A stretch of 64,000 nt of DNA from Eledone cirrhosa. Its lineage: Eukaryota. The DNA is taken from assembly GCA_964016885.1 (NCBI GenBank), contig OZ024741.1, positions 201,500,001 through 201,564,000 of the forward strand, written 5' to 3'. The notes beneath the pieces are model-generated. The model saw only the letters and a list, made by a program, of their open reading frames with translations, did not search any database and was not told the origin of the DNA. Below are positions 38,460 through 51,999 of the stretch, one piece after another. Every line of letters begins with the position of its first letter. Position 1 is the stretch's first letter. The position numbers and the translations under genes are program-made.

Positions 38460-40550
38460 ATCACCATCTAGTTATTTGCAACTTGGGACTAACTAAAGCC
38501 AAGGAAGCTCACAAAGCTGGCAGGTCTAGGGTAACCTACAGGATAAAGTAGGAAGCATTGGTGGATAAGGAAGTCAGGACCAGGTATGCATATACTATTG
38601 CATCCAAATTCAGAGAACTCCCTGAGCAAACTGAGGACGTTGAGATAGAGTGGAGATTGTTCAGCATAGCAGTTTCTGCTTCAGCTGTTAAAGGCTGCTG
38701 GCAAAAGAGACTTGATGTGGCATCGGATGGCAGGAGAACACCTTAGTTCAATAAGAAGTCAAAGATGCCATCTGAGCAAAGGAGGAGGCTTACAAAGCTT
38801 GGCTTGGAAATAAGTCCTCCTTATTGCATTTGCGGTATAAGCAGGCATGAAGAATTGCAGCAGAGACAGTAAAGGCATCCAAAGTTAAGACATGGGAGGA
38901 TTTGGGGGTTAAGCTGGAATCCGACTTCTGATGAGCAAATAAAGTGTTCTGGCAGACCAATCAGAAGACCTACTCCACACCTGTTATCAAGAATGTGTCT
39001 GGTGTTCTCCTCTCTTAAGAGAGATGCATCCTTGCAAGGTGAAGAGAATACTTTGCTGATCTCCTAAACAACTGAATATTCTGATGTACTCGAGGTGCAT
39101 CTGGGAGCGGTGACTAATCCCTCAGAGGCTGAGGTCGCAAGAGCAGTTAAAGAGCTTAAATGTGACAAAGCAGCTGGGGAAGATGAAATCTTGATGTTAA
39201 AAGATGTTAAAAGCCTTAAATAGAGGTGATATACTCTCTGGCTGACATGTGTGTACTGGGTGGCCTGGATCTCTAGAAAGGCACTTAAGCAATGGTAATC
39301 AGGAGTGATAATCTCAATTTTCAAAAAGCGAGATAAGATAGATTGTTCCAATTACAGAGGGGTCTCCTTGTTAAGCTTCCCCGGTAAAGTCTATGCTAAG
39401 TGTCTGGCAAAGAGATGTAGGGAGATTGTCGAGTCCAAGTTAGCTGATGAACAGTGTGGTTTTTGCCCCAAACGCAGCACAACCAACCAAATATTCACAC
39501 TGTTGGAGTATTGCCAAGATGTATATAATTTGTTTTGTTGACCTTGAAAAGGTATATGATGGCATTTCTCAGGACCTGCTGTGGAAGGTTCTGCAGGAAT
39601 ATGGGGTCAATGGTCAGCTTCTTGCTGCACTGATGTCTCTATATGAATGCCCAAGTATGTTTGTTTGGATAAATGGTGCTAAATCAAAACCATTCAATGT
39701 GGGAGTCAGACTCCACCAAGGGTGCGTACTGTCACCTCTCCTGTTCATTAGATTGGCAGTATCAGTAGAAGGTCGGGTGCCATGCTTTGACACATAGGGT
39801 TACGGCTCTTGCCATTCTGAGTTCAAATCCCGCCGAGGTTAACTTTGCCTTTCATCCTTATGGGGTCAATAAAATAAAGTACCAGTAATGCACTGGGTAA
39901 TTGCTGGCCTTGTGCCAAAAGTAGAAACAATTGTTTACATGAACAGGATTGACATATGCAGCTAGGTTGAATTGGTATCATAACTGGCAAGTTTAAAATC
40001 AGTCGACTGGAACTTGCAAATGACATGGTGTTACTTAACTCAACAAAAGGTGATCTCCAACTTGTACTCAATAGGATTGATGTCAAGTGCTGCATGGCTG
40101 GAATGAAAAATCAGTGCTGCACTCATCCTCTCAAGGAAGCCTGCACAGTGCACTCTACATGTATATGGAGTTCCACTGAAACAGGTGAAGAAGTTCAAAT
40201 ATCTCGGGGCTGTGTTCACAAGTGATGGAAGGCAAGAGGCTGAATTAAGTTCAGGAATTGCAGGAGCTGGTGTGGTGCAGTAATGTGCCAGCTTCAGCAT
40301 TTGGTGATCAAAAGAAGGGAGGTAGGTGTAAAAGCCAAACTCGCTATCATCAATTCGGTATTCATGCCAACCGTTACCTATAGTCATGAATCTTGGATAA
40401 TGACTAAAAGAATACGATCGCAAACACGAGCAGCATAAATGGGGCTCCTCCAAAGAGTCTTTGGAGTAACGTTACTCAATAGAGTACATAGATCAGAGAG
40501 TCACTTGAGGTAGAACTGCTACTTCTCCGAATTGAGAGATCACAGCTCTC
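38460..40550 (+). mobile_element. RTE LINE, degenerate, interrupted by a SINE at 39750-39932
   Basis: CSNYRGVSLLS, EQCGF, FVDLEKVYD, LHQGCVLSPLLF. Confidence 0.9.
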
Positions 40551-41179
40551 AACAGAATACTTCTAAAATAGCACTATACTATAAATTCACCAAAAGATTT
40601 ATCTAAAAATTCAATTATAACAGTCTATATTTACATTTGGTATTTACTGTATACTGCCAGTAATATCTACAGTACACGTACACTGTGTTTAGTAAAAAAT
40701 ATACATTTTTTTCTTCTGCAAAAATTTTAATTGCACCTTTTTGTTTCCATTTGCGTATTTTTTATTTTATTTTATTTATTCGATATAAAAATCAAACGAT
40801 AACATTGTAGGTTGTGGATGGGCCCTCATTGTATCCTGGCAATCAATATTTTTTAGACCCAGTCTACCACTGTATATATATATATATACGTATATATATG
40901 TGTGTGACAGGTCACTGTTGAGTGCTACTGGTAACATGTAACCCAGTACAACCTGCCGCATGGTTGGGTCGTCGGCGACTAAACTGACAACCCCACCAAG
41001 TTTACTTGATGAGGAGGGTGATTTTTGACACCCTGCAGAACAAAAAACAAAACCTGACAAAGGGCGGAAGAACTCATAAGAGTCAATGGCCATCCAAAAG
41101 TATGTATATGTATGTTTGAAGTATTATTGGTGCAAGGTATATAGACTAATTTGTTTTTGTGGCTGCTAATCTTAGCCTA

Positions 41180-43530
41180 TCAGAAATTGAAAAAAATAAA
41201 AACTTAGAACTTTCCTCAAGGACTATTACAATCTCACTATTACATTTGAAAACACCAGTAAAATAGTCAATTTCCTAGATATAACTTTAGACCTATCTAC
41301 GGGTATCTACCAACCTTACAATAAACCTAACCAAAACTTACACTACATACACTCACAATCCAATCACCCTAAATCTATCCTTAAAAACCTAGCATATAAT
41401 ATCTCACTCAGAATCTCTAACCTTTCATCTAACCAGGATGTATTCGATAAAAACGCACCCCTTTATAACGAAGCTTTAGCTAGAAGCGGCCACAAAAACA
41501 AATTAGTCTATATACCTTGCACCAATAATACTTCAAACATACAACCCAATATTACCAACAGACACCAAATGAAAAACCCACACCTAAATGCCACTCATAC
41601 TACACCCAAAAATACCAGCCTAAAACTTAATTTCTCTACCTCTTCTCACATAAAATATAATGACTTTCAAAAAACCATTCATCCTAATACTCCAATATAT
41701 GTTAATAACATTACTAACAAAATTCCTAGTAATCAGACTAAAACACGTAAATCAGTTAATCTAACTAAACCTATATATAATAAATTCACTAATAGTAACT
41801 CTCTTAGTAAACATCCTGATACATCGTATAAATATAAAAAGCAATATCGAAACCGTAATAGACGGGTTACTTGGTATAATGCTCCATTTAATCTACAAAT
41901 TAAAGATAATATCCCTAAAAAATGTTTTACTATTCTAGAGAAAAACTTCCCGCCAAACCATAAATACCATCAAATTTTAAATAGATCAACTGTCAAATTT
42001 TCCTACTCCACTACAAAAAATATACAACAAAATATAAGTGCGTACAACGCATATAAATGTAAAAAAACCACAAATATACCACCAACACATCAAACCAACC
42101 ATAATACACCATAATAAACCGCGACAAACCACTATCTCCTTCACCTATAACAAATCGAGTAAATTCCACACCAAATTTGACTAACTCCCCTGATATAATA
42201 TTCACGAATGGTTGTAACTGTAGAATCAAAAGAAATTGCCCATTAAAGGGAAATTGTCTTATTAATAACATAGTCTATAAATGTAAAATTAGCACTAAGG
42301 ACTCCACTTATTCATATATAGGAGCTATGTCTAACCAATTTAAAGTAAGATTTAATACCCACAAACATAGTTTTAAAAATGCCGCATTGGCTAATACAAC
42401 ATCCTTGGCTGAAACAATTAATAATTATAGAAAGAAGAATATCGATTACAACCTGACCTGGAGTGTGCTCAAAAGGGCCACCCCTTATCAAAATAACAGA
42501 TATGGGTGTAGTTATGCTCCCAGGAACTTTTTGAAATCATGAAATTTAAGGATATCCTATTAAATAAGCGACAGGAATTAATTATATCTTGCAATTATAG
42601 AATTAGAAGAACCTTCAAATATTATAAACCTAATTAATATACACCTTACACTTATATTTTACATATTATTATAATTAGTTTTTTTAATTTAGTTAACCTA
42701 TAATTAGTACTTTACTACAGAGAACTTCATAATTTTATTTCCCTCTTTTCCTAAAATTAATACCTAAAAGTATACCTATAAATCAATTTAATATCCTGTT
42801 ATGAATCTAGATTCCTTGTAGTTTATATAAGATTGGTATTTCTCACTACTACCCTTATCCCAAAATGTTACTTTCCTTCGTTTTTAACAACACTCTTTAA
42901 TAACATCTAATCCTTATTTATCACATTCATATGAATTAATATAAATTCATCCCTATAAGTATACCTATCAATTAATTTAATTTCTTGTTATAGATCAAGA
43001 TTCCTTGTGGTTTAATAAAATTGGTATTTCTCACTAATACCCTTACCCTAAAATTTTATTTTCCTTCGTTTTTAACATTATTGTTTAATAACATCAAATT
43101 TTCGTGTACCCTTCACTGGCTTGACCTCTTTTCATCCCCAAAGTATTCTTTTCATTCAAAGTATTCTTTCTATTCAAAACATAAGTCTGCACCCCTCTAC
43201 CCCTAAATTAAATTTCTACTACCACAATTCTATCAACTTGACCTCTTACTACTTTTCTATTGGTCAATTCAAAACCTGTTCCCAAACAGACCTTTTATAT
43301 TAAATCTTTGTTGGTTTTTTTCAATAAACAAATCTCATCATTTCTGAAGACAGCATGTATATGTGTAGGTATGTATATTTCCTCTGATAATCTGTAATAT
43401 TTTTACATAGATCTATATGATATACATACCAACACACATATACATCCTAGAAACGATCGTAAAATGATGAATTTTTTAATATAAGGAACTTGTTCTTTGT
43501 TTTTATTTCATTGTTTTCTATTAATTTATA
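41180..43530 (+). mobile_element. 5'-truncated Hydra-clade-like PLE with 3' HHR, ending in (TA)n
   Basis: VNFLDITLDL, YNKPNQ..SNHP, VTWYNAPF, CNCRIKRNC, IVY..SYIG; frameshifts. Confidence 0.88.
43335..43470 (+). ncRNA. Type I hammerhead with about 100-nt stem II
   Basis: tcatcattt CTGAAGA [long hairpin] GAAA C gatc GTA aaatgatga; perfect 9-bp stem I; predicted cut after 43461. Confidence 0.85.
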
Positions 43531-43979
43531 TATATATATATATATATTTTTTTTTTAGTAAGCCATTTTGATTAAAGTCACATCTCATTATCAGACGTAG
43601 ATTATCAACTTGAAACTGTAGGTATATTCAGCAGTGTGGTTTGTGGAGATTTGGTTGCTCTTTTTAGCAAGTTGAGTGACCCCTTAGAGGTATCATTTGT
43701 CCAACAAATGAAATGAATGTGTATAGTGCCTCTGGTCACATTTAGTAATGAGAGAGTTAGTTACATTACTAAATCTTTCAAAATATGATTGCGAGAACAT
43801 TTGAACATTGAGTAGACATTGTGCACACCTCAACAAAGACAACAGTACAGCTGATCAGTTTCGATTACATGTGGCCCTCCGTCTGCAACATCATAACATA
43901 TTCCAACAATGTTACAGTTCAGACAAAATGTCTTGTGGTATTAATTCCATCATTTTTTGCCCCCACACACCCCACCGCA

Positions 43980-44250
43980 AGGTGGTCGTGGAGGTGCCAT
44001 GGCAAAAAAGCACCCAGCCCACACTGTAAAGTGGACGTGTAGGCGCCACGAAAAAGCACCCAGCACTCACTGTAAATGAGGTTGGTGTTAGGAAGGGCAT
44101 CCAGCTGTAGAAATCAAGCCAGATCAGTTCCTGTATGAGCAAGGCATGGTCAGCCGACCAGACACTGCACACAACAGGACAACCCGTCTAACCCATGCTA
44201 GCGTGGAAGAACGGACGTAAAACGGTGATGATGATGATGATGATGATGAT
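43980..44250 (+). mobile_element. SINE family B 3' part
   Basis: TGTTAGGAAGGGCATCCAGCTGTAGAAA...(TGA)n; a similar piece lies at 45925-46100. Confidence 0.75.
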
Positions 44251-44544
44251 TCTCCGTTATGGTGCTTGGTTTTTCTTTTCTTTTCAACTATTTCTTCTCA
44301 ATTTTGGTGGGCAGACGCACATGGTTGAGTTTCTTGCTGCAGACCTCAGCATCAGCATTATTATTGTGGTTTACAAGAGTAAAATAAACTTACCTGTTAG
44401 AAATGTCTCATTAGTATTTTCTGAAGTGCCACAGTAAGACTTCTTTTCTTCGTTTGTTGCCTAAGCATATAATTGATATATAAGCACACATATCAATACA
44501 CACACACACGCACACGCACACACACACACACACACACACTCATT

Positions 44545-44880
44545 TATATTCAAAATTAATTGGAGGAAAATCAATCAGCATTCATTTACAATTGTTTCTG
44601 GTGCAATATTTTTCTGTTATAACAAACCATATTATGAATTTGTTGATATATGCAGCTTGAAGCGAGTTATATTTTTGAGTGACTTATTATTGAAACATGT
44701 TTTTTCTATCCTGAAGACGGTGTGGAACTTTGTGAGCTTGCCAGGTTTTTAATGGACAAAGTAAATTTGCCGATTATTTTTTATGGAAGACTTACGATGT
44801 TTTGCACCAGAAACAATCATAAATGAATAAACAGTTTTAATAAATGTTGGTTGATTTTCCTCCAATTAATTTTGAATATA
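44545..44880 (+). mobile_element. Inverted-repeat element with long-stem-II hammerhead (44700-44832)
   Basis: CTGAAGA c ggtgtggaac...gttttgcacc a GAAAC aatc ATA; the inverted arm preserves GAAAC aatt GTA. Confidence 0.65.
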
Positions 44881-45307
44881 CATTCTCTGCTTATTTTCTA
44901 AATGCATCATTAACTCTTTCCAAGCTCTAACCCAGCTTCTTTCTCAACGCTTGTTTTGCATGAAATAAATATTGAGCAATTGCTTCTTTTTGTGGCTGAC
45001 AATTACATCTTATATATCTGTTTCTACTCTCCTTTGAGATTTGATTATACCATTCAAATTTTGATATATATCTATATATATAAAAATTTTATCCCCGTTT
45101 TATTGATGGCACACACACTCTCTCTCTACATATTGTATTTTGAAGAGCCCAGGATTCCTTTTCCTTTGAGCACATAATTTACAGGGAATAACGAGAGTCT
45201 ATGGCTCCGTTAATTTATCTTGATTTATCCTGATATATATATATATGGTCATTTGCAATCCGAACATTTCTATAATTGTATAGATGTTCATCCCTCATAT
45301 ATTCATT

Positions 45308-45344
<37 letters not shown>

Positions 45345-45352
<8 letters not shown>

Positions 45353-45890
45353 TTGAAGAAACAAGGAGTTGTGTGGTTACTTGATAAAGTGTATTTAAAA
45401 ATAAGAAGAAAGCACAAATGGGGGACATTCCCATCATCAGTTGTCTGCTGGAGATTACGGACATTTCAACACATTAAAGACAATATGTCTAGCTCCAGTG
45501 TCAATAGCTATTAGAGAGAAAAAAATAACAGAAGGGAAAAAAAACAAAACATAGAGAACATACCGAAAAATAGGGAAACACAAAAAGCACATGTATGTAT
45601 ATCAGTAACCAGGAGAGAGAGAGGGAGAAGTAAAAAACAGCTACTGAACATTCGATCTCTCTCTCCCGGTTAGTTATATACATACATGTGCTTTTCATAT
45701 TTCTCCCTTCTGTTATATTTTTTTCTCTCTCTCCTTTTTTTTCCCCCAATAACTTCCAATAGTTATTGATGCACTGGAGCTAGACATATTGTTTTTAATG
45801 TGTTGAAGTGTCCGTGATCTCCAGCAGACAACTAATGATGGGAATGCCCCCCCCCCGCCCCCATTTGTGCTTTCCTCATATTTTAAAATA
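45345..45890 (-). mobile_element. Inverted-repeat element between (TA)n tracts
   Basis: 45393-45510 is an imperfect reverse complement of 45760-45890. Confidence 0.7.
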
Positions 45891-46789
45891 TATATGTATA
45901 TATATATAATAAGTACATATCATTCCACTGTAAAGGGGACGTGGAGGTGCCACGGCAAAAAAGCACCCAGCACTCACTGTAAATGAGGTTGGTGTTAGGA
46001 AGGGCATCCAGCTGTAGAAATCAAGCCAGAATCAGTTCCCGTCCCACCCTTGCAAGCAGGGAAAAAGCAGACGTAAAAAAATGAAAAAAATGAAATGATA
46101 CATATATATGGTGGCTGCCAACTCGTTTTCGAGTACAGCCACTACTTTATATCCATGTAGGAGAACCCCTACCGATGCACTGAACGAGTGTGACTTTTTA
46201 GTCCAGCCAGCGACTTGAAAACTCTCGTACAAACACTACACTTGTGACAATTATTGACACATAGTGCTGGGCCCATGGTACCATGTGACGACAAGTGCAG
46301 AGAGATCTCCAGATATAAAGCAATGCCTGTGCCGTGAAGCTTTTATAATGAACAATACATATATATGAATGTATACATACACACCCATGTGAGTACATAC
46401 ATTTCAATTATTTGATTTCATTCTTGTGGGGTAACCATACGTGGTTGTATGAGTTGCTGCTGACTGAAGCAGAGTTCTAAAAAACACATCTTCACTTGGC
46501 TGATATCTATGTGAAGAAGAAATTTTTGTTAAATATCAGGTTACTATAAAAAAAATTATTTAATTTATTAAATTCCTCCAAATTTTTAGTGGTTTTCAAA
46601 ATCAATTCAAACACATAGACCATGTATTTCATTAGAAATATGATAATGAAAGGGTTAAAAATATCCATGAAAATTTTAGTATGGATATATTTTGCCATAG
46701 AAACATCTTACTTTTGAATAATATGAAGCAAATGAAAGCATTTTTATCTGGTTGTGTTGTTTCTTTAAATATTTAGATAATTATACACA

Positions 46790-46987
46790 TTCTTTTGTGA
46801 ATGTTTCTTTATTGATAAATAAATACCATGTGATATAATTCAGGAAGTTTGAGTGGCCAAATAGGTGACAAATGACAATTACTGCTATACTTATGGGCAG
46901 ATTTTACTTTGAGTGTTGGCCACTCAAACTTCCTCAATTATTTCATATGGTAATTATTTATCAATGAAGAAACATTTACAAAAGAAT
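46790..46987. repeat. Imperfect palindrome, about 70-bp arms
   Basis: ...AGGAAGTTTGAGTGGCCAA / TTGGCCACTCAAACTTCCT... Confidence 0.8.
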
Positions 46988-47395
46988 AGCCTGGACAAAG
47001 ACACAACAAGCACCCTAGTATTGTAATGACAAAGTGTTGGCACCAATAATAGTGTTGGTGCCAATGCACTCAGCCCACTCTATAAAGTGATATAACTGGT
47101 GCCATGATAAAAAAACAACCTGTTCCCCTGTAAGGTGGTTGTGGTGGTTCCACAATGAAAAGCACCCAGCACACATTGTAAAGTGGTTGACATTAAGAAA
47201 GGCATCCAGCTGTAGACACCAAACCAAAAATGGAGTGTTTATATCTCATTCCAGATATCATTATATGTAGTTCAAATCCCGCCGAGGTTAACTTTGCCTT
47301 TCATCCTTACGAGGTCGATAAAATAAAGTACCAGTAATACACTGGGATAATTTCTGGCCTTGTGCCAAAAGTAGAAACAATTATATGTACTAGAC

Positions 47396-49974
47396 CAAAG
47401 GTTCTCAACGGGGGGCATATGCACCCCCAGGGGGCGTTTCGGAAATCCAGGGGGCGTTTGGGAGCAAGGGGGCGTTTGGAGCTTTGGAGTGCACTGGAAG
47501 GCTCTTTACTTTGGTAAGTTTTATAAGCCATATTTGTATGTCTTTGAGACAGCCAGTGTGAATGCACTTGAATGAGCCTGCAGACAGCATAACTATAGTC
47601 TGACCACAGGTGTGCAGGCATGTCCGGTAATTGAGATCCTAACAATGGAAAAACCCACAGTCAACTGGGTCAAGGACACTTCAATCGCAGCCAGTTAGAA
47701 TCTTGTCTTTCCTTCACCGATAACAATGTATTTCATGTCTGAAATTATTGACTCAACCGTAACGAGTTAACACTATGTAGATCTATTTTATTTCCTATTG
47801 TATAAATAATATTACAAATAAAAAAAAATTAAAAAAAACACAGAAGCGGGTAGCACACACATCTAGGACCACATACAACACATAATCAGATAATACACAC
47901 ATCTAGGACCACATACAACACATAAGCAGGTAATACACACATCTAGGACCACATACAACACATAAGCAGGTAATACACACATCTAGGACTACATACAACA
48001 CATAAGGAGGTAGCACACACATCTAAGACCACATACAACACACAGGCAAGTAATACATACATTTAGGACCACATACAACACATAATCAGGTAATACAAAC
48101 ATCAAGGACCACATACAACACATAATCAGGTAATACATACATCTAGGACCACATGAAATACATAAGCAGGTAATACATACATCTAGGACTACCTACAACA
48201 CACAGGCAGGTAATACATACATCTAGGACCAAATACAACACACATAGTATCATGTGCTACGGACGACGCTAGAGCAATGGTCAGCCAACATAAGGGTTTC
48301 GTCACTCTTCTGAAGAGAGAAAATCTATCTGTATTTGTTGTTCATTGTTTCATTCATCGACAACACTTGGCTGTGAAGAAACTCAGCAAGCCGATGAGCA
48401 AGTCCTTGCAGGTGGCCCTTGATATCATCAATTTTATCAAATGGCATTCCCTCAATGAACAAATTTTCCGGCAACTGTGCCAAGATAATGACGAAGAATT
48501 CGTCAAGTTGCTCCTTCATAATGAAGTGAAGTGGCTTTCAAAGGGCAACTGCCTTACTCACTTCTTTGAACTGTTTGACTCTATCATTGAGTTTCTGCGA
48601 GGACGCAACACAGAACTGTACAAGAAAACCCTCGATGTGAGGCAAAACTGCGCCTACCTCACCGACACCTTCGACAAATACAATAGCGTCATTTTGGCTT
48701 TGCAAGGAAAGAAGATCACCTTGGTTAAAGCAAGGAATGCTGTGAAAACATTCCTGGCCAAATTGAATGTCATCGAAAGGAATCTTTGTTGACGGGAATT
48801 CTATAATGTTCCTAGTGTCGCCAATGTTCAAAACATTGTAAGCGATGACCAACTCCAAATTTATACCGCTCACCTCCGTGCGCTACAAGACAACATGAGA
48901 GAACGGTTTGTCGACCTTTTGCCGATGGACATCCCAATGTGGGTAGCAGATCCCTTCACAGCTAACGTCGATGATTTGGACGTTATATTTCAGGAAGAAT
49001 TCATTGAACTTCAAGCAGATGACATGATCAAAATTAAATTTCCCAAAATAGGTGAACCCCTTTTTTGGATGCAAGAGGAAATTCAGCGTCGATTTCCACA
49101 CCTACATGCAGAGGCTAAGAGATTTGCTCTGCCTTTTCCAAGCTCATACTTAGTCAAGAGGAGGTTTGGTGCTGTTTCCAGACTGCACAGTAAGGCTCGC
49201 AACCGCTACAATGTAATTACATGTGGAGATCTCCTGCTACATCTTACGAAAAATCCAGCCTGACGTCAAAGAGTTAGCTAGACTCCATAAAGTTCAAGGG
49301 TCCCATTGAAATGAGGTCAAAGTTAAAGTAAGTTGATTTATCCGAAAACTTAGATATGCTATTGTTACAAAGCAAACTAATAATTTTTTATATTTGTAGT
49401 TGCAGTCTGACTGGACTGGAAACCATCTACTACAATTCACTTACTCATTTGTTGTATATATTTTACCATTTACTAATAAATATACCCTCCCGCGTGGTCA
49501 TGAAAACCCTCTTCCGTGGTCTCTAAGCTCACAAAGCATAGGGGACATCAAGTTAGATATCAACATTTATTCTGTCCATTTCATTAAAGGGAAAATCGGA
49601 AAGCTTTGAAATGATATAATTGCCACTTTCTTCCAGATAAGAGCACTCTTTGGATAGAGTTGCTCTTGTATAAAGGTTCAAAATAGTTGGTATCGCCTGG
49701 TGGGAATATAACAAATTCAACTGGTCCTTATTCATAAAAAAGAACATTTATGTTCCTTTTTTTTTAAATTTATATATTTCCTTTCAAGGAATGTATTTAT
49801 ACTCTCAGCTGCCTGCAATGGTATCTTTGGAATATTGTTAATCAATTTTTTAGTAATCTACAGATATCAACAAATCAGTAGTATATTGAAAAATGGAAAA
49901 ATAGGGTAGGAGGACGTTTCGTAATTTCGAGGGACAAAAGGGGGCGTTTGGCCTAAATGGGTTGAGAACCTGTG
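47396..49974 (+). mobile_element. hAT (Buster/Charlie-type) transposon, degenerate
   Basis: TIRs CA(A/C)AGGTTCTCAAC; 8-bp TSD TACTAGAC; HCFIHRQHL, HNEVKWLSKG, LPFPSSYLV. Confidence 0.92.
47852..48245. repeat. 40-bp minisatellite, about 10 units, inside the hAT element
   Basis: TAATACACACATCTAGGACCACATACAACACATAAGCAGG repeated. Confidence 0.92.
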
Positions 49975-49987
49975 TACTAGACAAAGG

Positions 49988-50175
49988 GCGGTGGATTGGC
50001 AGTATTGGTAGATTGTCGGACGCCATGCTTTGCAACATAGAGTTACAGCTCTTTATGATCTGAGATCAAATCCCACCAAGGTTAACTTTGCCTTTCGTCC
50101 TTATGGGGTCGATAAAATAAAGTACCAGTAATACACTGAAATAATTGCTGGCCTTGTTTCAAAAGTAGAAACAAA
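49988..50175 (+). mobile_element. SINE family A
   Basis: Similarity to 8071; a partial copy lies at 47270-47382. Confidence 0.85.
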
Positions 50176-51269
50176 TATATAGTAGACAAAGTACACAATA
50201 TTAGCTCTTTTACGGTATTTAGAATGTAATTTAACAAATGTTCTTACATGGATTTATGACAGAAGGTTTTTAGATAGATAAACACTTTTCAAACAAAAAC
50301 GTTTGTATTGTAGAACTAGGGGTAGTTTCAGGCAGCTTGATATCAAAACAGTAGAACCATGTGATGCCATATATATGTCCTCTTCATCATTATCATTTAC
50401 CATCTATTCTTCCATGCTGGTAGGAGTTTGACAGGTTGTCAAAGACCAAATCAGTACTTAATCAAAGCTACAGTGTTCCTTGATGGGTTGAAGGTGGTGG
50501 TGGTGGTGGTGGAGCTCTCACATACATATGTTCCAGTTTGGGCATGGTTTCTACTGCTGGATGTCTTTCCTATCACCAACCACTTTACAGAGTGTACTGG
50601 GTGCATTTTATCATAGCACTAACACTAGGGACGTTGTCATGTCCTTCACACAACAGAAGTGTTCTATTGGCCCTTTGTTTGACATGGTTTCTATAGCTGG
50701 GTGCCCTTCCTCACACCAACAACCTTATAGATTGTTAGGGGTGTATTTTATCATAGGACCAGCAACAGGAGGTTGTCAGTCATTGACTTATCTGGAGAGC
50801 CATCTCCACCCTATGCTATTGTTACCAGTTGAGTGCCACCTACTTCACAGAGTGTATCAAATGCATGTTATAGTGATATCAGCACCGAAAGGAGAAGCCA
50901 TGTCCCAAGGTAGACATGTTTAGGAATGAAAATAAGATAAGAGATTAAGATGAATGACAAGCATGATGTTATAGATGTATGACAAGTGTGGTGGAGTTTA
51001 ACAGAGTGATAGGAGAAAGGGATGGGAGTAATGTGAGAGAGAGTGGAGGGGTACAGTGATGATGAGAATAGTTACTACATAAAGTGTGGTGATGAAAAGG
51101 TTGTGTATGAATGGGCCAAATGTGACATCTGCTACATGAGAATGCATCTGCTACACAGAGAATGCATTAGGTAGGAGAGAAAGGATATGTGTCTAGTGAA
51201 TAGCAGAGATGGAGTAAAGGGTGAGATTGAGCAATTTGTTTCTATAGTGGTAGGTGGCTCTTCTCCAGT

Positions 51270-51740
51270 CCCACATGTTACCAGTCATCAGGGTCCTTTG
51301 TTATTTCTGTGAGATTCAGCTTCTTCTGGTCTGTGTTCATTACTTCATTCCATGTCTTCCTGGGTCTACCTCTTCTACAAGTCCCATCAACTGAGATCAC
51401 CCTGCACTTCTTTATACAGCTGTCATCTTCCAAGTACATCACATGTCTGTACAAGCACAGCCTGTTCACTTGCAAACTACATCTGATACATTTTATGTCA
51501 AGTTTTTCACTCAGCTCATTTAACCTACATCATTTATGCATACTAACATTGCACATCCACTGGGCATACTTGCTTCACTTCTATCTAGCCTTTACAGATC
51601 ATCAGTAATCAAAGCCCATGTCTCATTTGCAGAGTTACTAGCTCCCAAAACTTCTTCCTGCCCATTCTTACTCTAGCAAATATGCTAGTATGAGTCCTTT
51701 TCCACAGTAGATTAGATCATCAAGATAACAAAAGCTATTA
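51270..51740 (-). mobile_element. RTE LINE fragment
   Basis: GTCRRGRPRKTWNEV. Confidence 0.75.
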
Positions 51741-51999
51741 ACAACTAGAGAGCTGCCCAATCAATTGATGGAGGACAATGATAAATAGAAGGTGACTGAG
51801 GACTGGGCCTCACCTACATTTGAAATTCATCACTGTACAGATTATCAATTTTATATAAGGGTTACACAGCCCTCATGAAGCAACTATCTAATCATAGCTT
51901 CCTTAATGTCCACCAGATGACAGAACCCACGCAACGCCTGTACCCGCACACATACGAATGTATACACCAAATACATATAAAAATATATATATATATATA

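Noticed and set aside
47852-48245. CRISPR-like regular array
   Set aside because: Contiguous tandem units with no unique spacers, no cas genes and a eukaryotic context
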